Source: Octopus bimaculoides
Taxonomy: Eukaryota
Length of the DNA stretch: 39,519 nt
Direction: 5' to 3'
Assembly (NCBI RefSeq): GCF_001194135.2
Contig: NC_068984.1
Location: forward strand, 143,678,817 to 143,718,335
In this document: piece by piece, positions 11,203-22,323 of the stretch
Position numbering within the stretch: position 1 is the stretch's first letter
Layout: the number at the start of each line of letters is the position of its first letter
Translations under genes and position numbers: made by a program
The notes under the pieces: generated by a model
What the model was told of the DNA's origin: nothing
The model's input: only the letters and a program-made list of their open reading frames with translations
The model's database searches: none

Positions 11203-11610
11203 TTATTCTTTTGCTTGTTTCAGCCATTGGACTGCGGCCATGCTGGGGCACCGCCTTGAAGAATTTTTAGTCCAATGAATCGAAACCAACGCTTATGTTC
11301 TCTTTTGTTTTTGTTTCCTTGTTTTTGTTTTTTTTAAGCCTGGTACTTATTCTATTGTTCATATTTGCCGAGCTGCTAAGTTACGGAGACATAAACACAC
11401 CAGCATCGGTTGTCAAGCGGTGAAGGATACAAACACACACACACACACACATATGGGCTTCTTTTCAGTTTCCGTCAACCAAATCCACTGCCAAGGCTTT
11501 GGTCAGCCCGAGGCTATAATAGAAGGCACTTGCCCAAGGTGCCATACAATGGGACTGAACTTGAATGCATGTGGTTGGGAAGCAAGCTTCTTACCACACA
11601 GCCACTCCTG
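11203..11610 (-). mobile_element. SINE family A, full length (tRNA-derived head, CORE-like CCTTGGGCAAGT segment, internal (TG)n)
   Basis: Minus strand starts CAGGAGTGGCTGTGTGGTAAGAAGC (A box), has a decayed B box and ends GCAGTCCAATGGCTGAAACAAGCAAAAGAATAAAA; homologous to six other copies in the window. Confidence 0.9.
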
Positions 11611-11664
11611 TGACTTTTCTTATTATTGTTGCTGTTGTTGTTGTTGTTGCTTTTGGTGCTTGTT

Positions 11665-11752
11665 TGGCAGAATTCTTGGAGCGTCGGACAAATTGCTTTC
11701 GGAATTCCCTCCGGCTCCTTTAGTTCTGAATTCAAATCCTGCTGAACTAAAC
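11665..11752 (+). mobile_element. SINE family B head fragment, diverged
   Basis: TGGCAGAATTCTTGGAGCGTCGGACAAATTGCTT...TTCTGAATTCAAATCCTGCTGA aligns to the family B head TGGCAGAATCGTTAGC.CGCCGGGCGAAATGCTT...TGAGTTCAAATTCC. Confidence 0.6.
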
Positions 11753-12240
11753 ATATGCGCTAGCCACTGCTCGGCTTCCCCATGCAACAGGCAACAATCC
11801 TATTCAGCAGGGCGTCTTCTACTCGAAGTACAAGTAACCACTGGTCTTACCTAAGTCAAAGCGCAGTTCTATGTTCGAGAGGATGCAGAATATTTATGAT
11901 AATGGTGGTCACCCGTTCGCCATATTTGGTGTTGGTGTATGCGTGGGGTGGAGCTGGGAGTCCCAGACAGCAAATAACTTCGGTGTTCTGGATTAATATT
12001 TTTGTGTTAGTGGCGGAGGTGTTTGTGGTAGTGTTGGTGGTAGTTGAGGTCATACTCGTAGACGTAGTGTTGGTGGTGGTTTGTGTTGCAGTAGCGTCCT
12101 GTTGAGATGATTGAAGTTGTAGTGACTGCGTTGGTGGTGGGTTATGTTGTAGTGGTAATATTTTATTATAATTGTAGTCAGGGACGGATTGAGACTCACA
12201 GAGACCCTAAGCACTTAATAAATTTTGGTGCTCCCATATA

Positions 12241-12890
12241 CAGGGGTTGGACAAAACAATGGAAACACCCTAAAATTTCAAACAAATTTATTTTAATATG
12301 GGGTAGGACCGCCTTTGGCAGTAATTACAGCTTGAATTCTATGAGGCAAGGACTCATACAAAGTATGAATTGTTTCCAAAGGAATTTTTCTCCATTCTTC
12401 AACTAAAACAGTCTCCAGTTCTTGTAGTGATGATGGTGGAGGATATCGATTCCTTACTTGTTTTTTTAAAATGCACCATAAATGTTCAATGATATTGAGA
12501 TCTGGGGACTGTGGTGCCCAGATAAGATGTTCAACTTCACTAGAATGTTCCTCGTGCTATTCAGTAACAACTTTAGCTGTGTGAATTGGTGCATTATCAT
12601 TCTGAAAGATTGCATTTCCCTCCGGAAACAGTTCTACAACCATAGGATGAATTTGATCAGATAAAATGCTTAAATAGTCTTGACTATTAATTCTGCCATG
12701 AAAGGAAACCATTGGGCCGGTGGACTTCCAAGATACAGCCCCTCAGATCATCACAGATCCTCCTCCATGTTTAACAGTTGGAAGAAGGCAGTCTGGGTCA
12801 AATGCTTCTTTTGGCTGTCTCTACATGTATACTCGGCCGGTGGTCGGAAATAAGGTAAAGGATGTCTCGTCCGAAAAACTATGATGAACT
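12241..12890 (-). mobile_element. Tc1-like DNA transposon relic with DD36E triad (right TIR plus C-terminal transposase)
   Basis: TA then TIR CAGGGGTTGGACAAAACAATGGAAACACC (12241-12269). Minus frame FSDETSF...KHGGGSVMI*G...FQNDNAPIH...WAPQSPDLNIIEHLW...AKGGPTPY* (stop 12293-12295). D at 12869-12871, D at 12596-12598, E at 12485-12487, with 36 codons between the second D and E; three in-frame stops at Trp-like positions. Confidence 0.92.
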
Positions 12891-14009
12891 GTAATACAGC
12901 CATGAATATGCTTTACTCATTTCGAAGCATGGTACTTCATGGAGTACATTGACCAATGTGTCCTTTTCCTTGCAGCTCCAGCAACTACTAGCTGGTTCCC
13001 TGGTGGTTTTTATTTGTAGTGATGTTACCAGCGGGGGCAGTAGTAATAGTAATGGTGGTGGTGGTGGTGGTGGTGGTGGTGGTGNNNNNNNNNNNNNNNN
13101 NNNNNNNNNNNNNNNNNNNNNNNNNNNNNNNNNNNNNNNNNNNNNNNNNNNNNNNNNNNNNNNNNNNNNNNNNNNNNNNNNNNNNNNNNNNNNNNNNNNN
13201 NNNNNNNNNNNNNNNNNNNNNNNNNNNNNNNNNNNNNNNNNNNNNNNNNNNNNNNNNNNNNNNNNNNNNNNNNNNNNNNNNNNNNNNNNNNNNNNNNNNN
13301 NNNNNNNNNNNNNNNNNNNNNNNNNNNNNNNNNNNNNNNNNNNNNNNNNNNNNNNNNNNNNNNNNNNNNNNNNNNNNNNNNNNNNNNNNNNNNNNNNNNN
13401 NNNNNNNNNNNNNNNNNNNNNNNNNNNNNNNNNNNNNNNNNNNNNNNNNNNNNNNNNNNNNNNNNNNNNNNNNNNNNNNNNNNNNNNNNNNNNNNNNNNN
13501 NNNNNNNNNNNNNNNNNNNNNNNNNNNNNNNNNNNNNNNNNNNNNNNNNNNNNNNNNNNNNNNNNNNNNNNNNNNNNNNNNNNNNNNNNNNNNNNNNNNN
13601 NNNNNNNNNNNNNNNNNNNNNNNNNNNNNNNNNNNNNNNNNNNNNNNNNNNNNNNNNNNNNNNNNNNNNNNNNNNNNNNNNNNNNNNNNNNNNNNNNNNN
13701 NNNNNNNNNNNNNNNNNNNNNNNNNNNNNNNNNNNNNNNNNNNNNNNNNNNNNNNNNNNNNNNNNNNNNNNNNNNNNNNNNNNNNNNNNNNNNNNNNNNN
13801 NNNNNNNNNNNNNNNNNNNNNNNNNNNNNNNNNNNNNNNNNNNNNNNNNNNNNNNNNNNNNNNNNNNNNNNNNNNNNNNNNNNNNNNNNNNNNNNNNNNN
13901 NNNNNNNNNNNNNNNNNNNNNNNNNNNNNNNNNNNNNNNNNNNNNNNNNNNNNNNNNNNNNNNNNNNNNNNNNNNNNNNNNNNNNNNNNNNNNNNNNNNN
14001 NNNNGGGGG

Positions 14010-14016
14010 GGGCGGT

Positions 14017-14047
<31 letters not shown>

Positions 14048-14576
14048 TGGATGGCTGGCTGGTGGATGGCTGGCTGGTCTGTTGGTTCATTGGGTGGCTG
14101 GATAACTGGTTGTGTGGGTGAATGGTTCGTTGGTTGCATGGCTAGATGGTTGTGAAGCATTTTGGTTCGTTGTTTGTAGATGGATGGACGGACGAACGGA
14201 TGGATGGGTGGATGGGTGGATGGATGGACGGACGGACGGACGGACGGACGGACAGATGGATGGACGGGTGGATGGATGGATAGATAGATAGGTAGATGGA
14301 TGGATGGATAAGCGTGTGTGTGGTTGAGTAGGTGGTTGTTTGGATGGTTGGGTGGCTGGTTATATAACTGAGTGGGTCACTGAATGGTTGGATGGTTAGG
14401 TAACTGGGTGGTTGATTGAATGTTGGGACAGTTTAGTGATTGATTATTTATCTATCTATCTATCTATCTATCTATTTATCGATCTATCTATTTTTCTATC
14501 TGTCTATCTTTATGTCTATTTATCTATCTATCTATGCCTATCCATTTATCTAGCCATCTTTTTCCCTCCCTCTCTA

Positions 14577-14607
<31 letters not shown>

Positions 14608-14608
14608 A

Positions 14609-14650
<42 letters not shown>
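14010..14650. repeat. (GGCT)n/(GGAT)n/(GGAC)n, (TATC)n, (TC)n and (TA)n compound microsatellite
   Basis: Direct reading. Confidence 0.92.
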
Positions 14651-15083
14651 NNNNNNNNNNNNNNNNNNNNNNNNNNNNNNNNNNNNNNNNNNNNNNNNNN
14701 NNNNNNNNNNNNNNNNNNNNNNNNNNNNNNNNNNNNNNNNNNNNNNNNNNNNNNNNNNNNNNNNNNNNNNNNNNNNNNNNNNNNNNNNNNNNNNNNNNNN
14801 NNNNNNNNNNNNNNNNNNNNNNNNNNNNNNNNNNNNNNNNNNNNNNNNNNNNNNNNNNNNNNNNNNNNNNNNNNNNNNNNNNNNNNNNNNNNNNNNNNNN
14901 NNNNNNNNNNNNNNNNNNNNNNNNNNNNNNNNNNNNNNNNNNNNNNNNNNNNNNNNNNNNNNNNNNNNNNNNNNNNNNNNNNNNNNNNNNNNNNNNNNNN
15001 NNNNNNNNNNNNNNNNNNNNNNNNNNNNNNNNNNNNNNNNNNNNNNNNNNNNNNNNNNNNNNNNNNNNNNNNNNNNNNNNNNN

Positions 15084-15254
15084 ATGTTGGTGTGTATACA
15101 TCCCCGTAAATTAGCGTTTCGGCAAAAGAGACCGATAGAGTAAGTACTAGGCTTACAAAGAATAAGCCCTGGGTTCGATTTGTTCGACTAAAGGCGGTGC
15201 TCCAGCATGGCTGCAGTCAAATGACTGAAACAAGTAAAAGAAAAGAATGAAAGA
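15084..15254 (+). mobile_element. SINE family A, 3' half (5' part in gap)
   Basis: CGATAGAGTAAGTACTAGGCTTACAAAGAATAAG...GGCGGTGCTCCAGCATGGCTGCAGTCAAATGACTGAAACAAGTAAAAG matches the family A 3' region. Confidence 0.92.
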
Positions 15255-15482
<228 letters not shown>

Positions 15483-15571
15483 ACAAATTTATGTGACTTT
15501 CTCTGCGTCCCATCCATTCTGAAACTGCATACTTTTTCTTTCTTTTTTTACCCTTCCGCTTTGTTCTTGCA

Positions 15572-15682
15572 TCTTTCATTCTTTTCTTTTACTTGTTTCA
15601 GTCATTTGACTGCAGCCATGCTGGAGCACCGCCTTTAGTCGAACAAATCGAACCCAGGGCTTATTCTTTGTAAGCCTAGTAC
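15572..15682 (-). mobile_element. SINE family A 3' end, exact inverted copy of 15144-15254
   Basis: 111/111 identity to the reverse complement of 15144-15254. Confidence 0.93.
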
Positions 15683-16474
15683 CTCTCTTTTTCTCACTCT
15701 CTCTTCCTTCCTATCTTCACCAATCTCTCTCTCTTTGTCCCCTGTGTTCTTCCATTCTTCTCTCTAATGAACATCGTCATGTTGCAGACTTTCATCCTAC
15801 CCCCTACCCCTGTCAATCCACGGAGGTGACTAATCTAGAAACAAGTCAAATGTTACAACTAATCTTGATTCCTGTTCTTATTTTTTTCGCTTCGTTTTTC
15901 CATCCTTTTCTATGTCGCCTGTAATTTTCTACCGCTTCTACGGTTTTGCTTTGTTGTTATTGTCATTGTTATTGTTGTTATTGGTATTCTTTCTGTATTC
16001 CCCTCGGACGTGTGACCAAAGGAACGAAGAACGAGATTAAACGGAGACGGGTTTAGCTAAAAGGAAATTACACGAACTGGGAACAGCTCAATCAAAATGG
16101 AGACGTAATAAGTTCAGTTGGGCTTTTTTCACACGTGACTTTAAGGTGAACCGCTGAGCCTAGAAGATGAACCGAGTTACTAAATGAAGCTTCTAATTTA
16201 AGACGTGGAGGTGAGACAATGATTTAGTTACTGCAAGAATGACATATACATGTGTGTGTATATATATATATATATATATNNNNNNNNNNNNNNNNNNNNN
16301 NNNNNNNNNNNNNNNNNNNNNNNNNNNNNNNNNNNNNNNNNNNNNNNNNNNNNNNNNNNNNNNNNNNNNNNNNNNNNNNNNNNNNNNNNNNNNNNNNNNN
16401 NNNNNNNNNNNNNNNNNNNNNNNNNNNNNNNNNNNNTATATATGTGTGTGTGTGTGTGTGTGTGTGCATATATC

Positions 16475-16850
16475 CATACATATATGTACATACCTACATA
16501 CATATGTATATATACATGCATACATAGGTACAGGACGTAAAAAAAACGTGAATGAAATGAAAAACGAGAACATAAAAAAAAAAAAACATGGAAAACGAAG
16601 ATTTTTTTCGAACAACGAAAGAAACAAATAGAAAAATGAGACAGGCAACATAAAGAACAATCCCTTCATCGCATATAATAATATATAATAATAATATAAA
16701 TACTATATCTATATATGTATATATACATACATATATGTACATACCTACATATATATGTATATATACATGCATACATGGGTCCAGGACGTCAAAAAAACGT
16801 GAACAAAATTAAAAAACGAGGACATAAAAGAAAAGACATGAGACAAGACA
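16475..16850. repeat. Family F: two direct copies of about 120 bp, 251 bp apart
   Basis: CATACATATATGTACATACCTACATA...GCATACAT.GGT.CAGGACGT.AAAAAAACGTGAA starts at 16475 and 16726; a related GCATA...GGTACAGGAC...AAAACGT lies at about 38897-38945. Confidence 0.8.
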
Positions 16851-17038
16851 TGCAGTTGAGTATTAACTGTAATGTTCAACATTCTTTATATTAGCTAACC
16901 AATATAAAGCCTACCTATCGTTAGTTACTGAATAAACGCCACAACATCCTCCTGACAATGTGTGTGTGTATGCCTATGTTTGTGTGTGGGGGTGTATGTG
17001 TACCAGTGTTTCTGTATAATCAAACACAGCAGCATTAT

Positions 17039-17395
17039 GGGCAGCGTGGTTGTGTCGTAAGAAGCCTGTGTGCTAAGAACGACATGGTTCTGGGTTCAGT
17101 TCCACTGCGTGGCAGCTTGGGCAAGTGTTTTCTGCTATAGCTCCGGGTCGACCAATGCGATGTGAGTGGATTTGGTAGGCGGAAACTTAAAGAAGCTCGT
17201 CGTATACATATATGTGTGTGTGTATGTGTGTGCTTGTCCCTCCACCATCGCTTGACAACTGATGTTGGCGTGTTTACGTCCGCGTAGTTTAGCGGTTCGG
17301 CAAAAGTGTCCGATAGAATAAGTACCAAGCTTACAAAGAATAAGACATTGGGGTCAGTCAAAAATGACAGAAAAAAGTCAATGAAATAAATGAAT
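17039..17395 (+). mobile_element. SINE family A with internal 3' deletion
   Basis: Head GCGTGGTTGTGTCGTAAGAAGC, B box GGGTTCAGTTCC, CTTGGGCAAGT and central (TG)n; the GGGGTC...CAGTCAAA segment is collapsed. Confidence 0.9.
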
Positions 17396-17559
17396 AGCGA
17401 TGAGACGATCAATTATATACGTTGACAGTCCAGTCAGGTTGTTGCAGTGGACACGTGACAATCAACCAATCAATCGATACAATTCGAATGATGATGTTGT
17501 TGTTGTTGTTGTTTTACTCTAATCCAACTGAGGAAGATTAGCAGTAAAATATTATGTCA

Positions 17560-17885
17560 CGTATATATATATATGTGTGTGTGTGCGTGTGTGTGTGTGT
17601 ATGTGTGTACGTGTGTGTGTGTGCCTGTATATTTGTGTGTGTGCATGTGTGTGTGTGTGTGTGTGTATGTGTGTGTGTGCGTGCGTGTGTAGGAGAGTGT
17701 CTCCTGACACTGCAACAACCATTGTAGAATTTGTCATGATTTATCTATTGGCGTCATTCTTGTTTTATTTCGTTTTCTGTGTGAGTTTTTGTACGTGAAA
17801 GGACAGTGCGGGAATTTCTTATGTATGTACATACGTGTGTATATATATATACGCAGATACATATTCTTACATGTATGTGTGGATG

Positions 17886-17956
<71 letters not shown>

Positions 17957-18240
17957 GGTTATATATATACATATGTATGATTTATAGGTGTATATATATA
18001 TATACATATATATATATATGTATGTATATGTGTGGCTGTATTTATGTAAGCATCAACTGACATATACGACCAGTTCGCAACACTAATTATACATAAGTAT
18101 ATAGGTACATACATACATACATACATACTTACATACATACATACATATGTGTGTGAGTCTATGTGTGTGTATGCCTGTGTGTCTGTGTATATATATACAT
18201 ACAAATATACGTATAACCATGAATATGTACATGCATGAAT
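17560..18240. repeat. (TG)n/(TA)n/(TACA)n microsatellite field
   Basis: Direct reading. Confidence 0.93.
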
Positions 18241-18612
18241 ACCGATGTATTTGTAAATATATTTCTTCTTGTGAGCGATGTCCGTTGTTCTTCTCTCCAT
18301 CGCAGCTATTAAACGGTAGCGATAGAATGATGTCGCTGATTGTCTTCTTTTGTTGGGAAATGCAACGCCAGAACATATTTTATTGCAAGTTTATATTCCT
18401 TGAATCGTAACTCTATGTTTTATGTCACCGATCGTTCAAACGATTGATGTATGAAAACTGCGTATCAGAATTTCAGCAGGAATTTTTGCCGAAAATATCA
18501 GTCAAGAATGCATCCACTTCTAGCTGGTTGCAGAAAACGAGTTTGAATCGGTGGCATGCATTTACCTAATCAATGAACGTATGCAGAACAAGTTATTTTC
18601 TCATTTACTCAC

Positions 18613-18652
18613 CTGCGAGAAACACATTTTCTATTTTCTTTCCATATAATAT
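18613..18652 (-). CDS. Candidate 40-nt exon (ILYGKKIENVFLA+G) of an unidentified minus-strand gene
   Basis: Minus strand: ctttcctttcatgaatttatAG|ATATTATATGG...TTTCTCGCAG|GTGAGT; the donor is a perfect consensus. Confidence 0.5.
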
Positions 18653-18724
18653 CTATAAATTCATGAAAGGAAAGTGGCATTATTTATAGTTATACGAATA
18701 TCTGACTAAAAAAACTTCCTTTAC

Positions 18725-18746
18725 CTGCCTACATCCTTTTGGTGAA
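18725..18746 (-). CDS. Candidate 22-nt microexon (SPKGCRQ) of the same gene
   Basis: Minus strand: ggattttcttttcttaatAG|TTCACCAAAAGGATGTAGGCAG|GTAAAG; a 72-nt intron (18653-18724) joins it in frame to the 40-nt exon. Confidence 0.45.
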
Positions 18747-18842
18747 CTATTAAGAAAAGAAAATCCCATGACCTGAAGCTGACACTCCTAAATATACACA
18801 CATACTTATAAAGTTCTACGGACATGAATAAATTCTGAAAAT

Positions 18843-19060
18843 TAACCTAACCCCAAACTTAATCAATAGAATTTTTTTCCAAAACACCTCTCAACCCACT
18901 CTACAACTTAATTACCACTCCACTGATACTCCCACACACAACGAAGACTTTAACTCCACAAAGATTTATGAAGCCAAGATTAATTTCAATGTACCACAGT
19001 GAGACGATGGTTTAGCTCTCCAGAACTTCGAAGTCACTGTCATTAATACTCTTGTTCAAG
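18843..19060. mobile_element. Family D unclassified interspersed repeat, copy 2
   Basis: Colinear with 36874-37100 over more than 200 bp (AACC/ATAACCCCAAA.TTAATC.ATA.AA...ATTAATTTCAATG...TTCGAAGTCACTGTCA). Confidence 0.75.
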
Positions 19061-19098
19061 TATTATATATATCTATCTATCTATTTGTCTGTATATAT

Positions 19099-19405
19099 AC
19101 ATGAGGTGTGGTCAAAAAGTATCCGATCTTTGGCCAAAAAACAAGTAATATTAAAAAACTCACCATTTTGATTCAGTCTCCTTCAAATTATTCCCCTTGA
19201 GAGTCTACACACTTCTGCCAGCGGACCTGCCACTTTTTGGGATGCTGTAGAGCTGTGCCGTCGAAATTTGTTTAATGTCCTCTGTTGACTCAAATCATCT
19301 CCCTTTGGGTGTTTGTTTTTTTAGTTTTAGGAATAACCAAAAGTCACACGGAACCAAGTCTGGGGAATAGAAAGCCTGACGAACAAGTGGTGTGTTTTAT
19401 TGGCC
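19099..19405 (-). mobile_element. Mariner transposon relic (right TIR plus C-terminal transposase)
   Basis: TA then CATGAGGTGTGGTCAAAAAGTATCCGA. Minus strand PLVRQAFYSPDLVPCDFWLFLKLK / FESTEDIKQ...WQVRWQKCVDSQGE*FEGD* (stop 19173-19175) contains the mariner YSPDLAPCDF motif and the C-terminal signature. Confidence 0.88.
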
Positions 19406-19508
19406 GCTGGCAAATTTTTCTGCAAAATATGGATATTTTATTCTGTTCCTATTATTCTGCTAGCATTATTCTGCGTTTGAGAATAAATTATTTCCTTGTG
19501 TGTATCTT
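19401..19508 (+). mobile_element. Family E element, headless copy
   Basis: About 98 nt with 8 differences (hand alignment) from 19701-19798. Confidence 0.7.
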
Positions 19509-19631
19509 TCTACACATCTCAACCCATCTAAAGCAAACTTTATTTGTTCATTTTCATCGTAGTTTGAATGTAACATCAGCGTCTTATGAGCTAAATTTAT
19601 AAGTTCAAAAATTGTATATTAATTTATAGGT

Positions 19632-19806
19632 GGGCAGTTTAGCTTAATGGTAAAGCACTAAGACCGGTAATCAGAGGGATGTGAGTTCGAGTCTCATGGC
19701 TGGTCGCTGGCAAAATTTTTCTGCAAAATATGGATACTTTATCCTGTTCCTCCTATTCTGTTAGCATTATTCTGCGTTTGAAAATAAATTATTTCCTTAT
19801 CTGTGT

Positions 19807-19838
<32 letters not shown>
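19632..19838 (+). mobile_element. Family E tRNA-headed SINE-like element with (TA)n tail
   Basis: The head 19632-19705 has A box TAGCTTAATGG, D stem GCTT/AAGC and T arm GTGAG-TTCGAGT-CTCAT; the anticodon stem is broken (loop CCGGTAA); about 100 nt of body and (TA)n follow. Confidence 0.7.
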
Positions 19839-19843
<5 letters not shown>

Positions 19844-20495
19844 AGCAGAACGAGGAATATGAATATCATCGAACACATATGCACCAAGTTATGTGATTTG
19901 TCAGTTCATGAGCAGCTGCGATTTATAGGCAGGAGAGAAAACCTTCTCGTCAAAACATCTGGTTTTAAAACACCTCGAAATCATAAGCTAGTGACGTAAC
20001 TCGGATCAGGTCCCATTACAGGAGTGTTAGGCATTAATGTTTCTTCATCTTTGTGACTTGTCAAAACCAAAGATGGCGAAACATTACGTGTATTCCATAT
20101 ATGCATATATATATATAAATATAAATATATATATATACATATATAATTAAGGAGGAGAGAAGACAAATTCAAAAGTTGATGTAAATATTCATTCAATCCA
20201 TATTAACGAAATTCACTATGGTGTACAAAATACATACATAGATGCGTTCATCTATATGATATATAACAAAATACATATACACGAAAATTTATAAATATTT
20301 ATAAATATATAAAAATTCATAGACATATAAAAAAAATATAAGCACATAAAAATTTATAAATATACAAATATAAGTCCATAGATGTACTTGCGAAGTCCGA
20401 GTGTTCGAATTTGAGTCAATGAAGAGGAGGATAAAAAACATTCGATTTTTAAAAATCATTTTACCCATCATTTCTTTTAAAACTTTGACCTTGTG

Positions 20496-20605
20496 AATCT
20501 ATTAACTCTGATGAGAGAAATATAGAGTATTGCTATGGTTGAAGTTAGCTCACCCATAGCAACCTATATCTTTTCGAAACGGCCGTAAAACTTTATACAT
20601 AGATT
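20496..20605 (+). ncRNA. Type-I hammerhead-ribozyme-like motif with extended helix II
   Basis: CTGATGA (20508-20514), helix II GAGAAATATAG/CTATATCTTTTC with inner TTGCTATGG/CCATAGCAA, GAAA (20576-20579), palindromic helix III ACGGCCGT and a GTA triplet; the proximal part of helix I pairs poorly. Confidence 0.55.
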
Positions 20606-20681
20606 TTATACATGTTTCAGATTCCTTATGAATCATTTTACATTTGCTTTATCCTCCTCTACATTGATTCAAATGCGAACA

Positions 20682-20910
20682 TTCTATTGGACTCTTTTGC
20701 CGAATCGCTAAGTTACGGGGACGTAAAGACACCAACATCGGTTGTCAAACGATGGTAGGGACAAACACAGACAAACATAGACATAAATAAATATATATGG
20801 ATATACGACGGGCTTCTTTCAGTTTCCGTCTACCAAATCTACTAACAAAGCTTTGGTCGGCCCGAGGCTATAGTAGAAGACGCTTGCCCAAAGTGAACCC
20901 GGAACCATGT
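20682..20910 (-). mobile_element. SINE family A, partial, with internal deletion
   Basis: Aligns to family A from the B box to ACCGATAGAAT-like sequence; about 18 nt are missing between the B box and TTGGGCAAG; the 5' end runs into a gap. Confidence 0.88.
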
Positions 20911-21506
20911 NNNNNNNNNNNNNNNNNNNNNNNNNNNNNNNNNNNNNNNNNNNNNNNNNNNNNNNNNNNNNNNNNNNNNNNNNNNNNNNNNNNNNNNNNN
21001 NNNNNNNNNNNNNNNNNNNNNNNNNNNNNNNNNNNNNNNNNNNNNNNNNNNNNNNNNNNNNNNNNNNNNNNNNNNNNNNNNNNNNNNNNNNNNNNNNNNN
21101 NNNNNNNNNNNNNNNNNNNNNNNNNNNNNNNNNNNNNNNNNNNNNNNNNNNNNNNNNNNNNNNNNNNNNNNNNNNNNNNNNNNNNNNNNNNNNNNNNNNN
21201 NNNNNNNNNNNNNNNNNNNNNNNNNNNNNNNNNNNNNNNNNNNNNNNNNNNNNNNNNNNNNNNNNNNNNNNNNNNNNNNNNNNNNNNNNNNNNNNNNNNN
21301 NNNNNNNNNNNNNNNNNNNNNNNNNNNNNNNNNNNNNNNNNNNNNNNNNNNNNNNNNNNNNNNNNNNNNNNNNNNNNNNNNNNNNNNNNNNNNNNNNNNN
21401 NNNNNNNNNNNNNNNNNNNNNNNNNNNNNNNNNNNNNNNNNNNNNNNNNNNNNNNNNNNNNNNNNNNNNNNNNNNNNNNNNNNNNNNNNNNNNNNNNNNN
21501 NNNNNN

Positions 21507-21907
21507 TCTTCTTCTTCTTCTTCTTCTTCTTCTTCTTCTTCTTCTTCTTCTTCTTCTTCTTCTTCTTCTTCTTCTTTTATTCTTCTTCTTTATCTTTTCA
21601 AAAATCACAGACTTCGTTCTGGCTTCTTATTTCATTTCATTTCATTTCTTTGATTTTATTTTAATACTTTTTCTTCTTTTTTTCCCCACTTTATTTCTCT
21701 TTGCTCATGTTGTTGCTTTTGCTTCTTCTGTAGTTGCCATTTTTGTTGTCGTTGTTGTTGTTGTTGTTGTTGTTGCTTGCCGTCTTCTTCTTCTTCTTCT
21801 TCTTCTTCTTCTTCTTCTTCTTCTTCTTCTTCTTCATCGTCGTCGTCGTTGTCATCATTCTAATCCTCGTCCTTTTCATAATCATCACCATCACCATCAC
21901 CATCATC

Positions 21908-21939
<32 letters not shown>

Positions 21940-22254
21940 CATCATCAACATCATCCTCATCGTCATCAGCATCGTCGAAACCTCTTTTCCTTCTCCTCTT
22001 CCCCTCCTCTTCCTCTTTCTCAGCTTCATCTTCACCCCACCCCCACCAACACCATCCACCCTTCACTCTCTTCTCTTCTTTTCCCCTTCGTTATCTCTCT
22101 ATTTCACAAAACCCCTTCTTCTATTTATTCTGTATTATTTCTAAACATTTATTCTTGTTTACGCTCTATCCATATCTGTATATACATGCATCCGTATACA
22201 TGCATACATACACACATTACATACACACATTACATACATACGTACATATATATC

Positions 22255-22323
<69 letters not shown>

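Noticed and set aside
12949-13084. Strong-looking acceptor tccttttccttgcAG and ORF start
   Set aside because: It leads into (GGT)n and a gap; no donor or coding signal can be supported.
19632-19705. Functional tRNA gene
   Set aside because: The anticodon stem has two mismatches, position 33 is not U, the acceptor stem is imperfect, and the downstream body is repeated; it is better read as a SINE head.
20465-20507. Minus-strand 43-nt exon candidate (LIDSQGQSFKRND), phase-compatible with the 22-nt microexon
   Set aside because: The donor is weak (TGG|GTAAAA) and it overlaps the hammerhead-bearing repeat on the other strand; it is likely coincidental unless RNA-seq shows it.
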